DNA of 64,000 nucleotides from Octopus sinensis (Eukaryota): NCBI RefSeq assembly GCF_006345805.1, contig NC_043015.1, positions 24,428,001 to 24,492,000 of the forward strand, given 5' to 3'. Each line of letters begins with the position of its first letter. The first letter of the stretch is position 1. The notes under the pieces are model-generated. The model worked only from the letters and a program-made list of their open reading frames with translations. It was not told the origin of the DNA and did no database searches. Shown piece by piece: positions 11,881 to 24,724 of this stretch. Made by a program: the position numbers and the translations under genes.

Positions 11881-12458
11881 CTTAAAATTCAGATTATCAG
11901 ATCATCGATGACATTGTCATCTTACTTGCTCAACACCTCTTTAACATTCCCTAATATAAATGTCTGTGTGTGATAATTATTCTTCCTCTGGTTTGTTCCG
12001 ATGACTTTACTGTGCATTGTTCGTTTGCCAGTCTTTTAAATCCTCGTTGTGATAATTTGTATAGCACACAGTTTTAACATTTACAAATATATTCATACAC
12101 ATCCATCTGTTCATACATACATACGCGGAGATTATTTTGTCAATTCTTTCTTTTCTTTGCTCCTATGTCTTCTTTGTGTTAGTTTTCAATTATTTCTCCC
12201 AAACCAAATATGTGCATAACATCGATATATATTATCAGTCAAAAAAAGTAATTTTTTTTCTTTTTATAAATATGTGTATATATCATTTCCTATCACAATA
12301 GATATTCTCAACATATTAGTCTGTAGGTGCATGTGTGAGTGTGTGTGTGTTTGTGAGTGATAAAAATTTCTTCCTCTCCCTTCTCTCAATATATAGCATG
12401 TGTATGTATACATAAATTTATGCATATACATGTGGGTATATGTATGTATGTATGTATG

Positions 12459-12500
<42 letters not shown>

Positions 12501-13109
12501 TACACATCTGTGTTTCACCCGTTGAAACATGCTTTTAACAGTTCACGCTATCCTTATTCCTCCTTCTTCTTCCCTCCCTCTTTCTCTCACTCTCTTTCTC
12601 TCTCTCTCCCACCCTCTTTTTCTTTTTCTGCTTCACACCCATGCAGCCATACATAAAATTTTGAATAATGCATCATTCAGATATATATCAAGATTTATGA
12701 GGAATATGCGTAAATTCCATCTCTCCTCCAAAATATATCTGATATACAAAAAGTAAAGCATGTAAAGTATTACATAAAAAAAAACAACAAAAATGCTCCC
12801 AAAGAAATCTGCAAAGAATATTTGGCTACTTGGAACTCAAATCTATTCCCAAAATAATGGAATCTCATACTTATTTGCCAACTATATTTTCAGCCTAGTG
12901 TTTGTGCTTATTGTTTTATACGCCTACAATTTTATTTATTTATTTAAAATCAGTTCTTGAAATTTTTTTACTGTCTTTTAACCATCACCGAAACTCTATC
13001 CTGGCTTACGACGCAATTTGACTTCACTTTCAAAATGGAGGATGCGTCTTCTTCACTAAATAAGAAAATACAGTTTTCTCACCACAAATCTAAAAGCACG
13101 AAAACCATA

Positions 13110-13485
<376 letters not shown>

Positions 13486-13970
13486 GTGTTGAAGGAAGTA
13501 GTATTCCATCCAGGTCTGAATTTTCTATAATCAATTTGTTTCTTTAGATTTGGTTAACCAACCCTACCTATACTAGTGGCCATTTCATACATATATATTC
13601 GATTTAATAGTTTCTTTTGGAAAACAAATAATACAGAATATATATTTTGTGACGCATGAGGTGAATAATTAATTTATACGGAAAGAAAATATTCTGAAAT
13701 GGCGAATTAAACGCCTTATGATGACACAGTTCCGACCATTAGTTTTTGAGTTCACATTCCATTCAGACTGGTCTTAAATTTACCATTCATTATTCTTTCT
13801 ATAAACTAGTATATTTGATAGCAAACGCTTGCAAAGTTGGCTGGCCTTCAGCGTAAGTTAGAAATTATATATAATTCTGCATAATCACCAAGATATTTGG
13901 TGAAAGGGGGTGGATACTAACGCTGCGTAGAACGAACTCAGTTCTTTACACACACACACACACACATATG

Positions 13971-14025
<55 letters not shown>

Positions 14026-14029
14026 CTTT

Positions 14030-14340
14030 TGTTGCCATCATTAGACTACGGCCATACTGGCTCGCTCATTTGACGGATTTGAGCCGAATGAATCGATCCT
14101 AGTAATTTAATTTTTTTTTTCTAAGCCTAGTACTCATTATGTCGACATCTTTTGCCGAACAGCTAAGTTACGCGGACGTGAACACATCAGCACCGAGGGC
14201 AAACACAGACACAGACACACCTGCGCGCGCTCACACACAAACACACACACACACACGCACACACACGCACACCACACACACACACACACCACACACACAC
14301 ACACACACATATATATAACCGATGGGCGTCTTTCAATTTC
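14030..14340 (-). mobile_element. SINE family 3, 3' half
   Basis: CATCATTAGACTACGGCCATACTGG...AGCCTAGTACTCATT...GCCGAACAGCTAAGTTACGCGGACGTGAACACATCAGCACCG...CGATGGGCGTCTTTCA. Confidence 0.75.
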
Positions 14341-15226
14341 TGCCTACCTATCATATACATACATACACACATACATACATACATATATATATATATATGT
14401 ATGTATGTATGTATTATGTATTAATGTATGTGTTTGTGTGTGTGTGTCAATAGGTCAGAAATAAGAGCTTCACATATAATATTTTCCAGTATGAAATTGT
14501 CAATCTACTGACTGTATTGTTTTATAATAGTTGACGGTGTGAACTTAAATAGATATACCTGTTAATTTCAACAAAGGAGACAACGGCCTACAAGCACAAT
14601 ATCTGCCCAACTTCGTCACCCACGCCTCCGATAAAAGACATCATATTAAATAGCTACAATCGTGTGATGCGAAATAAACGGACCACTTTATGATGCTTAG
14701 TTTTCTTTACATAATATGGAGGGATTTGGCTTATATTCGGAGAACATTAATACATTTAGTGCTTTGACAGCACTGAGTTCGTTGGAAAGATGTCAGCATT
14801 TTGAATGACAATAGAAAGAACAATGAGGAATCAATAAAATATAATGAAAACCGATCGGTTAATAAACATATTGAACTAATGAGTAAATACTTTTGACATT
14901 TAAAGGAAATAATATTTATCGAATAATTGGAAAATATTGCAAAAACCACGGAGAAAATATAGAGAAACAAAAATGAGAAAACGAAAAAATCGAATATTTT
15001 GTCAGAGATTGATGGGAAATAAATGTAACTTTTAAATGGAGGAAAATGAACTTTTTCTTCTACCCTTTGTATCCTCAAACATGCTTATAACATTGATTTC
15101 TATTTATTCTGCTCCTCCTCATCATCATTATTTAATGTCCAGCTCTCATGGGTTGGACGCTTCGACAATAGTTTACGTGTATGAGCACAACGTCATACTT
15201 CAATGACTGTGTGTGTGTGTGTGTGT

Positions 15227-15254
<28 letters not shown>

Positions 15255-15258
<4 letters not shown>

Positions 15259-15425
15259 GGTGTGTGTAAGAGCACGTTACTCAGTGCATCTCCCCTCCAC
15301 TACTTGACAAGTAATGTTGGTTTGTTAAAGTTTCCTTACCTTTAGCAGCTCGGCAGAAGAGACTAACAGAATGTATTACAGATTTCCTAACAACAAAATA
15401 AGTTCTGCAGTCAATTTGATTAACT
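15255..15425 (-). mobile_element. SINE family 3 fragment
   Basis: GTTGGTTTGTTAAAG...AGCAGCTCGGCAGAAGAGACTAACAGAAT..GTATTACAG matches family 3 internal sequence, diverged. Confidence 0.5.
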
Positions 15426-15504
15426 AAACTCATCAAGGAAATGATCCAGCATAGCCGCAGTCCAATAATAAAATACAAAAGGCTAAAATGAAAATAATCA
15501 ATAA

Positions 15505-15723
15505 AATAATAGCACTCCGAGAACGCAAACCTCCACCAAGGCAGCACCAGCGTCCTCTCAACGATTGACCGGAGATAATTTTTAAAATGAGGACATCCGA
15601 ACTAAATTCGACTTCTCTCACAAACGAAAATATTAAAAGTGAACCCGAACGCTCACAAATATAAAGCAAAAAAAAAAAACGGAAAAATAGTCCAGAATCC
15701 TTGTCCAGTATCTGATTAATTCC
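15505..15723 (-). mobile_element. 3' part of a Helentron-like (HINE/DINE-1-type) non-autonomous element
   Basis: Minus strand ends GCCTTGGTGGAGGTTTGCGTTCTCGGAGTGCTATT. CCTTGGTGGAGG is inverted to the subterminal motif of the 5' part at 16335-16568. Confidence 0.6.
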
Positions 15724-15739
15724 AATGGTAGTCATGGAA

Positions 15740-15985
15740 TCTGAAGATGGGCCGTGTGCAGGCCGTGTTTGTAATGCTGTGAGTGTACCGTCTACAGTCG
15801 TAACAGGGACAGTTTTCTCTATGGAGGCCTTTTTTTAGTCCATCCATTGATATGGTGTCTTTACGACTATTAAGGTATATAGAGAAACATTTATCCGTGC
15901 GTGAAAGAAAGCGGAAAGGACCTGCATACGGTGCTGTTAACGGAGGTTTAGCAAAATTGTTGCGCACAAAAACCTGAGTCCAAGT
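15740..15985 (-). pseudogene. Gypsy (Ty3) LTR-retrotransposon integrase C-terminal GPY/F fragment
   Basis: TQVFVRNNFAKPPLTAPYAGPFRFLSRTDKCFSIYLNSRKDTISMDGLKK fits the Gypsy pattern HVFVR...PL.PPY.GPF.V..R.DK.F.I..NG..DTVS.DRLK. Confidence 0.8.
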
Positions 15986-16334
15986 AGTAAAGCTTCTTTC
16001 AAGGCAGAGCTAGAAATGCAATTATCAAGTAGGTAAGAGATTTTAAAGAGGAGCGATGTATTCAACATTGGTAAAACAAAAAATTGTCGAGGATAAATTA
16101 AATTTATTATTGTTAGTGTTAATTAAGTTCTGAACGGTTTCGCTACCGTTTGTTTATGTAGTTTGATTTCTTTATCCATCAGTTTCTCCTAAGATAGAGA
16201 TGCGAGTAAAATTAGCAATAGAGAAACGAAAATAAATCTTTGGAAACAGCTACGCCACCATAACTTACATGGAAACCATGAGCGTGCTTTCAAGGGAGAT
16301 AATCAGAGAAAGACTTAAAAGTCAACGTAAGATT

Positions 16335-16568
16335 GTAGTACATCATAAAGTAAAGTAAATATAAGAAATAATCCAGATTCCTTGTCCGGTACCGGATTGA
16401 TCCCAAAATCTAACCAGTTCGTGTCGGTCGTGAGGACAAACATCACCGAAAGTTTCATCGTAATCCATCCAGCAGTTCTTGACATATTTTGTCCACGGAC
16501 AAACAAACAAACAAACAAACAAACGCGACTGAAAAATACCTCCGCCTTCGCTAAGGCGAAGGTAATAA
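16335..16568 (-). mobile_element. 5' part of a Helentron-like (HINE/DINE-1-type) element
   Basis: Minus strand starts TTATTACCTTCGCCTTAGCGAAGGCGGAGGTATT (terminal hairpin), followed by a (GTTT)n microsatellite and GTCCGTGG, the usual layout of these elements. Confidence 0.65.
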
Positions 16569-17144
16569 AAAGGGATTCCATCTCGTGGATGGTTAGAAGA
16601 CCAGCTTGCTGATACTTTCAGTAACACATTTTTTCTGGGAGAGAACACGTTATAAGCATCTCTATCAACTTTTAAAGCATTCACACTTAAATACTTTATT
16701 CTTTTCTCCCTTCGACATGCAAACCTATTCAAATTCCTGAACACAAACGCATTTAACAGACTATACAACAACAACAAGAGCAACGGCAATACCAACAATA
16801 CTTTTATCCCAAATTATCCAGTAATTCTTTATGTGGTTTAATTCCAACAAGAAATACCAGCCATATCTTTCTAAAATCACTCGTTACCGACACAGCAATG
16901 TACAGGAAACCTTATCATGTAGATGTACTGCAGTGTCACCTAAAATAACAAAAAGAAACCTTATGCTCATTACCTGTTAACTTATACATCCTGCAGAGAC
17001 TAAATTATTCAGCAAAAACTATTCCCACGAAAAATACACGAAGAAAACAAAGAAGCTTTAACTGGAGTAAGAGTTTTACTAAACGCTAAAGAAGATTTTA
17101 ATGAGTGAAAGCAAAATGAAATCTAGCTCTCCATTTGCTCGCAG

Positions 17145-17290
17145 ATATGTCTGTGTAGTTAGTAATGTTGAATTCGTAACGGTATGGTCTGAGTTCAATT
17201 CCCTCCACTGGGCAGTACCTTGAGCAACTGCGTTGCATCAGTGTTTTGTTTCTACCCGAGCCATGTGAGTATAAGTTGGCCAACTGGCAG
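17145..17290 (+). mobile_element. Old tRNA-derived SINE head
   Basis: GTGTAGTTAGTAATGTT...GGTCTGAGTTCAATTCCC...GCAGTACCTTGAGCAA. Confidence 0.55.
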
Positions 17291-17776
17291 GGACGTTTGG
17301 ATAGATTGTTTTACAGTAATTGTCCAAGACTCGTCGTTGTCGGCTTTGCTTTCTGTCCTTTCAGAGATCGATCGTTCTCTCTCTCTCTCTCTCTCTCAAT
17401 TTCTCTATCTCCTTCTTACTCTTTCTTTCACTCTGTATGTCTCTTTCTCCAGAAAAATGTCTGCTTTGGTCAGACACGAAAAAAGTCGCCAGGGCTAATA
17501 GAAATTTTCAAGATATGCCGTATAGCAAGACAGCACCGCCACGACACAAACAAGGAGTTGAGAGCCAAAAGCAAGGTGAGTGTGTCTGTGTGTATGTTTA
17601 CACACACTCACATATATATATACAAACATACATACATGCATACATACGGAGCCTTCTGGTTAAGGGCGTTAATATAAAATAGATAACTCACAACTCGAGA
17701 CGAGGAAAAAGGTTTGAATTTGAAATCCAAAAATACGAGGAAGAAGAATAATGTTCACGTATCTAATTTTTTCGTG

Positions 17777-17830
<54 letters not shown>

Positions 17831-18467
17831 CTGGTTGACGTATCTATGCTGATATATCTCGCAACTACTTAATCGTTTTACTTCTTTTATGTTGTTTCTG
17901 GCATATAAATGTTTGAAGCATATAAATGATGTCAATGACTAAACACTTAAAACAGATGCTCCAGCATTGTCGTACTTAGCCTACAGACCTAAACTAGTGA
18001 CAAAGTAAGAAACATGAGCTCGGCATTTCAAAATTATTTCACATTTCAAATAATTGTGGCGGAGTTGTTTCGATGTTGAATTCACAAGTGTTAGGGCGCA
18101 TGTTCACTTCTCGAACTAGTGACACACTGTGACCTTTAGCAAAGCCATTTATCACGTTGCCACAGTCCACACAGCTGCAAATGTGTATCATCGACAACTC
18201 ACGAATGGCTAACTCTGCAAAGGTCAGACATGATATTCAGAGGAAAAGGACTCGACTATTATCAATCGCTTAAATGCCTGATGAATCCGTAAATTCAAGA
18301 CTCACTTCAAGGAAGACGTCCTGTTACAACTGTCATTATCTGAACGAAATTGCATTGCTATCTATCTACGTCTCTCCGCGTATTTCTAATGTAATTCATT
18401 TTTTTAGTAACTAAATCATTCTTCTTCTTCCTCTTCTTGTTCTTTTTTTGTATAACTCATAACTTAC

Positions 18468-18490
18468 CTGGAATACATCCAAATAACTTG
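18468..18490 (-). CDS. Candidate 23-nt microexon of an unidentified minus-strand gene
   Basis: Minus strand TTTGCTTTTTTTTGTCTTTTAG|CAAGTTATTTGGATGTATTCCAG|GTAAGT has a strong acceptor and a consensus donor. All three frames are open. No homology evidence. Confidence 0.25.
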
Positions 18491-19289
18491 CTAAAAGACA
18501 AAAAAAAGCAAACTTTCGATAAACAAAAATCTATTTTTTTCCACTTTTGTTGCTTAATAATCTGAGATATATAATTCAGACGAGGCAGGCATCAACGTTT
18601 TTAAAATCGCAGACTAAGTCGATTAATCAATCAAGAAAAGAAACTGGTTAAAAATGGAGGCATCGAAATGTTAGCTAATTGGAAGGTGGGGTGTAAGAGG
18701 GGATGGGAAGTTGGTAGTAATGCGGCACGTTATGTATTTCATACACAAACACATACAGAAAAAATATTCTGTGTAACGAAGCAACAGAAGAGCCTCTACA
18801 TCTCCGTTCGACTTGCGAGAAATAGTTGCCAGATCTCCCTCAACTAAACATTCTTCCGGGTTATATAAGAACATAACGTAAATGATGATCTAAAGCTCAA
18901 CGTACCTAAAAAAGGTGTGGTGGGCATGAATGGAATTCCTTTAATCTTCCGATTGATCAACAAGGGTTGATCGGGGACGAAAAAGGAACAACTGTAATTT
19001 CACCATCATCAGCAACAACGTTTACATTTTACCTCTGTACTTTCTGGCTTCCACATCAGTCTTGTAGATGAAGGCACGAGAGTGCAGTTAAGAAGCTGGC
19101 TTGTCAATGATACGGTTTCGAAGCCAGTCCCGCCGAGCATCATGGACGACGACAACGACGATGATAATGATAGTGAAGCTTTATTCAGAGCTATATCATT
19201 GAATGCTTCTTATCCATTGCCCTCCGCCCAAATGAGTGGATCTGTGCTTGTGTGAGAAAAAATTGAAACGTGGCGTAAATTTGGGGCCT

Positions 19290-19400
19290 TTGGTCGATTA
19301 CATTGACATAAATATTTTACTGGTATTCTGAAAGGGTAAAAGATGAAGCTGGCCTCGGCAGGGTTTAAGAACTTAGAATGTAAAAAGTGAGAACAAACAC
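19290..19400 (-). mobile_element. SINE family 2 fragment
   Basis: GGTCGATTACATTGAC...TTTTACTGGTATT...AAAGGGTAAAAGATGAAGCTGGCCTCGGCAGGGTTTAAGAACTTAGAATG. Confidence 0.6.
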
Positions 19401-19855
19401 TGGCAGTGGACTCCTCTCCGAAATAATATAAACGTAAAGTTTGGTTTAATTAAATGTTAACGAGGGAGAGGGAAGAGGGAGAAACAAGAGAGAGAGAGAG
19501 AGAGACAGGGGTGGAAGGGGAGAATTTTTAATTTTTCATCTTTTCCTTTTTTCAGTCATTAGGCTTCGGCTGCGCCCTGAAGGGGTTTCGTGGAAAGGAT
19601 CGGCTCGAGGACTTACTTTTTTGCAGTCTCGTACTTTTTCTATCTGCCTCTTTTGCAGAAATGCTACATTGTGAGACGTAAACAAACTAGCACTGGTTGT
19701 CAAGCGGTGCAGAAACAAATACAGGCAGAAAGACATACACGTAGATATATATATATATATGTGCATATATCATATATATATATATATATACACACATATA
19801 TATATATACATACATACATATATATGCCTACACACACACACACACACACACACAT

Positions 19856-19899
<44 letters not shown>

Positions 19900-19905
<6 letters not shown>

Positions 19906-20072
19906 TATATATTCCTTCTGTTTCCGTCTACCAAATCCACTCACATGGGCTTAGTCGGTGCAAGCCTATTGTAGAAGACACTTGCCAAAGGTGACACGCG
20001 CCACGCCGAGGGATCGAAAACACCCGAAACCCCGTGGTTGGGAAGCAAATTTCTCACCACACAGTCACGCCT
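19900..20072 (-). mobile_element. SINE family 3, 5' part
   Basis: TTCCGTCTACCAAATCCACTCAC...CTATTGTAGAAGACACTTGCCAAAGGTG...GTGGTTGGGAAGCAAATTTCTCACCACACAGTCACGCC. Confidence 0.85.
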
Positions 20073-20180
20073 AATCGTTTTAGTTTAAAATTCAGCTGAT
20101 ATGGAAAATATTCGAGGTTTTATGTTTGTTTTTCTGTTGGTATCAACTATTTTTGAGTGTGTGTGTTTTAATAGTTAAAT

Positions 20181-20214
<34 letters not shown>

Positions 20215-21231
20215 TATTCTCGTGTAAGACTAATAATGACTCATCTATATTCTGCTTGTCACGACCAACACGGTGTGTTTTGTATATTTTCCCATTATAG
20301 CAGCTATCACCATTGTATTTATTCATTTATTTCTCACAAAATCAGTCCACTGATTGGTTGTTCATCTAAAGAAGAGAAGCAATGAATTAAGGAATAAAAA
20401 GTAACAAAATAGTTTTGCTTCAAGAACTCCAAACGTTATTTTGTACAAAATTGTTGCATAAGATGCGCGATTTTGGATTGGCCTTCCGTTGGGTCTCTCT
20501 GCTTTTCTATCTAATTTCGAATGAAAATTATAAGTTGTATGTACTACATAATGAAGGCTCCGTTTTACTGATGATTCACAAATATGCAGAAACAGACTGT
20601 TATAGATATGCATCTACAAGAAACATTAAACACTGAATTATTTTAAGTCTATTTATATTAGTAAGCTGCTATGAGTTATTTGAAAAGAATATATTTTTCT
20701 CTTTTTTTCTCTTGCTTTTGTCCCTTTCACGCAAATAGATGGTTATCCAATCGGTAAAAGACTTTTCATCTTAATTTCAATTGTGTATTCTCGAGTGAAG
20801 TTACACACAATGCTGACACTGGGTAGAATTGGAGGTTACGCAAAAAATACTGCTATGTCTATTGTCCGGGTGAACCTCCAATTCTATCATAATCTGACAT
20901 CTTTTTCGCCTTTCTTCCTTAACCAGACAGAAATGCCGAAGATTTTAATGGAAAAAAGATAATGAGATATTGTAAAAACTCAAGGTTTTTTCTCTCTTTT
21001 TGATAAAAGTGAACTGGCATCAACTAAGAATCAAATCCAGGTCATAGACTTTCGTTGTTCAAGAAAGAATAAATAATAACTTTTTTTTTAGCTTACGACT
21101 GCTTTCAATTTCAATTCAACTCGTACGTAAATAATTGGCAATTGTTATGACAATGAACTCTGACCGCAGAGTGTACTAATGTCATTTCGGTTGTCTGAGT
21201 TAATTATATCTTCATTCAACTTTCGAACGTC

Positions 21232-21322
<91 letters not shown>

Positions 21323-21792
21323 ATATATATCGACACTTCAACATCACTCGTCGCTGCCGTTGTTTTCTTTTGGTTCTTAATTAGCCCCAAGTCACTCTTT
21401 ATAGAACACACTTATGATCAAATATCTTTCATCCAGATCTGTCCCTTCTGACTTTTCAGATATATAATACAAGAAAAATACATTGTGCAGGGTATCGTTT
21501 GTTTTTAACCGAGTAGGGCGTCGAGGTTTCAAAGAGATAATTTTCGGCTGCTGTTTCTTGCAATTTAATCGAGATTTTTTTCTCGTCAACTAATTCAATA
21601 TCGTTTGTATGTTGGTAAATCAAGACATTTTGGATATAGATTTGTCATAGTAACAGAACACACGTCTTTTAAAAATGATGTTTTCATTTAGAAGCTATCA
21701 ATGGCCAAAATAACAGCACATGAATTACTGTAGGAAATTTGTTTGTGCATATGAAATAAAGAAGTTTTGCATTGTTATTGTTGTTGTTGTAA

Positions 21793-21823
<31 letters not shown>

Positions 21824-21847
21824 TTGATTAATTAATTAATTAATTAA

Positions 21848-21990
21848 GACGGCGAGCTGGCAGAATCGTTAGCACGCCGGGTGAAATACTTAGCGATACT
21901 TCACTTGTCGCTCCGTTCTGGTTTCAAATTTCATCGACTTTGTCGTTCATCCTTTCAAGGGTCGATAAATTATGTACCAGTGAAACACTG
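21848..21990 (+). mobile_element. tRNA-derived SINE, family 2
   Basis: GGCGAGCTGGCAGAATCGTTAGCACGCCGGG...TCAAATT...TTCATCCTTTCAAGGGTCGATAAATTATGTACCAG. The central block resembles, from memory, the conserved Meta domain of metazoan SINEs (not checked). Confidence 0.85.
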
Positions 21991-22855
21991 TCTGTTGGTT
22001 CGCATACGTTAACGTCAAATTTTGTTACGTTTCTCTAGTAAATTTCCATTTACATTGCAGCTATACTTTCTTCCATAACATTGTTTGCCTTCAAGCACAC
22101 ACACACACACACACACAAAGAAACATTAAGAAAATACTAAAATTATTAGCTTCTAAAATAAAATAGATCAGATTCAAATAAAGAGGTCCGCTGTTCTCAT
22201 ATATGTGGGGTGAGCGTGCATGCTGCATGTGTGTGTATGTGAGTACGATGTATGCATATGCGTGTATGTGTATAATATGTGTAAACAAAAAGGAAGTCTA
22301 GTTATTACTTAGAGTAGAATTTATTCCTATGTGTCCATCTGCAGGAAAAAGTTGCCGGCAGATTTCGCATGCTGTGAAACACCTGAAAATGTTTAGAGCA
22401 TAAAACGCAATTGGAAAAAAAAATCCTTAGGAAACGTATGCGAACGGGATTATGTAGATGTGAAAGTGAGTAGTGATCGGATGTAGACAATAGTTTACTA
22501 TCATCACAGCCTCGTAATATTTTATCTTTGCACTTTTGTATTTAAAAGGATTCCCAGTTTGACTTACCCCTCCTTGCCGTTAATAGGAAGCCGGTTTAGC
22601 TGTGACATTTCACACACACATTCACTTTTTCTCTCCCATCGTCTGTTTCTCTCTTGCGAGAGATTTAGCGTATTGTCATAGCCTCGACAGGTAATTTACT
22701 ATTTTATGAGTACGTACGGTTCCAAGGTCAAGTGCTGTCCACATTCTGCAGGTAAAGTTTTTGACTATACAGACAATGTCATGTATCAGAAAATTTTCTA
22801 AATTCAATATCTAAACGGCTTTGTAAAATACCAGAATATATACATATATATATAT

Positions 22856-23161
22856 ATCACGTGATCACGTGACCGACCAGTCCATCAGATGTAGTTACAC
22901 ATCGCTGGTCACAATGCGTTCGCATTGTTTTAGCCTTCGAATGACGCCACCCCGCTGGCTAAGCGAGCAGGCCAACAGAAGAAAGAGTGGGAGAAAGAGT
23001 GGTGAAAGAGTACAGCAGGGATCACCACCCCCCGCCGGAGCCTCGTGGAGCTTTTAGGTGTCTTCGCTCAATAAACACTCACAACGCCCGGTCTGGGAAT
23101 CGAAACCGCGATCCTACGACCGCGAGTCGACTGCCCTAACCACTGGGCCATTGCGCCTCCA
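22856..23161 (-). mobile_element. SINE family 1, full length
   Basis: Reverse complement of 129-418 and 47719-48023; sits in (TA)/(CA) microsatellites. Confidence 0.95.
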
Positions 23162-23187
23162 CACACACACACACACACACCACACAC

Positions 23188-23282
<95 letters not shown>

Positions 23283-23297
23283 TGAATAAATTATATA

Positions 23298-23332
23298 TTA
23301 TAAGGTGAATAAATTGCGTGCCACAGAAATGC

Positions 23333-23390
<58 letters not shown>

Positions 23391-23425
23391 GCATTTCTGT
23401 GGCATGCAATTTATTCACCTTATAA
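23298..23425. repeat. Inverted repeat, 39-bp arms (23298-23336 / 23387-23425), around (TA)n
   Basis: TTATAAGGTGAATAAATTGCGTGCCACAGAAATGCGTGT matches the reverse complement of the right arm with 1 mismatch. Confidence 0.95.
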
Positions 23426-24314
23426 ATCACGAAAATTTGCTAATATATTCTTAAACACATTTATGTAAACTTTTCGTTGACTAATGTTAATAAAGAGCTG
23501 CAAGGCATGCATAAACCGAATGTTAGTTCAACAAACTCTATTTGCAAAGCAACATAACATAAAGTTTGATTGTTAATTAAAAAAAAAGATTTAGTAAGAA
23601 ATTATAATTTGTTTTATAAAATAAATGAACTCAAATACTGTAGACATAAAATTTGTCTTTCAGCTATTCAGTGTAAGCTTCTGATTTCTCCTTCCACATA
23701 TAATAACAGAAATTAAGTGTATCGTTCATTGTTTTCATTTTCACTTCATACTACTTTTAATTACTTCAGTTCTATAAATTTCCATCACTCGAAATGAATT
23801 AATAATCTCAAGAATATATATATATTTACTCAACTCGTAATCATCCCTAGTTCATTTGAACTGTTCAGCGATCGCATTAAACCTCCACTACAAAGCCTAT
23901 CTTCCATTTAATATCATTCCTATTTCAATAAACTTGACATATTCCGAAAGAAATATCAATCTCTAGACTCACCAAGACTAGCCTTCATTACGACAACTCT
24001 TTTCACCGAAATCATTTAGGATTTCAATTAATTTGCTTCTCATTTCCATTAACATTAAGTGTTCAATTAATTTCATTCATTTTCATTCAATACAGCTTTA
24101 TTGCGCAAGAAATTTCAACTCCAATATTTTAATAAACTCAGAATAATTCATTAACAAATATTAACCATTAAATTTTAATCAACCCACTATTTTAAAGAAA
24201 TATTAATCATTAAACTTTATTTAATTAAGAAATATTAGGGATAATACCATAACTGACACACTATAATTTCCTGTAGGAATGTTAACCATTATACTTTAAT
24301 CATCACCACATTTT

Positions 24315-24505
24315 CTCTAGAAATTTTGGTTTCAAATTTTGGCACAAGGCTAGCAATTTCGGGGGAGGTGTTAAGTCGATTACTGACCGCGAAATGATGG
24401 AAGGTAAAGTCAACGTCGGCGGAATTAGAATTCAGAACTTGAAGATGGACAAAATGCCGCAAAGCATTTTGCCCGGCGTGCTAACGATTCTGTCAGCTCA
24501 TCGCC
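24315..24505 (-). mobile_element. SINE family 2
   Basis: TTTCAAATTTTGGCACAAGGC.AGCAATTTCGGGGGAGG...AAGTCGAT...CCCGGCGTGCTAACGATTCTGTCAGCTCATCGCC. Confidence 0.85.
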
Positions 24506-24724
24506 CTTTTTTTCTCACCCCTAGAAATATGAACCATTATTCCTCTCTAATTAATACAACATCATTCCTTAACAAATAATAGCCCTTATATTTTGTTTTG
24601 AAACTTTAATATTCACAAGGAAACAAAATCATAAACGTTTTTCTTAGTGATCTCCATCACTAAGCCCCGGAACTAACACGTGATCACGTTCGCTTAGGTA
24701 ATGGCTTTTTATATTTGTTAGAAA

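Noticed and set aside
20563-20606. CUGAUGA...GAAA-CAG-A-CUG-UU hammerhead-like string
   Set aside because: Stem I does not pair and stem II is mismatched. At best it is a very old relic.
20927-20984. Plus-strand exon candidate (RNAEDFNGKKIMRYCKNS)
   Set aside because: The acceptor is good but the donor (GTTTTT) is weak, and there is no supporting homology.
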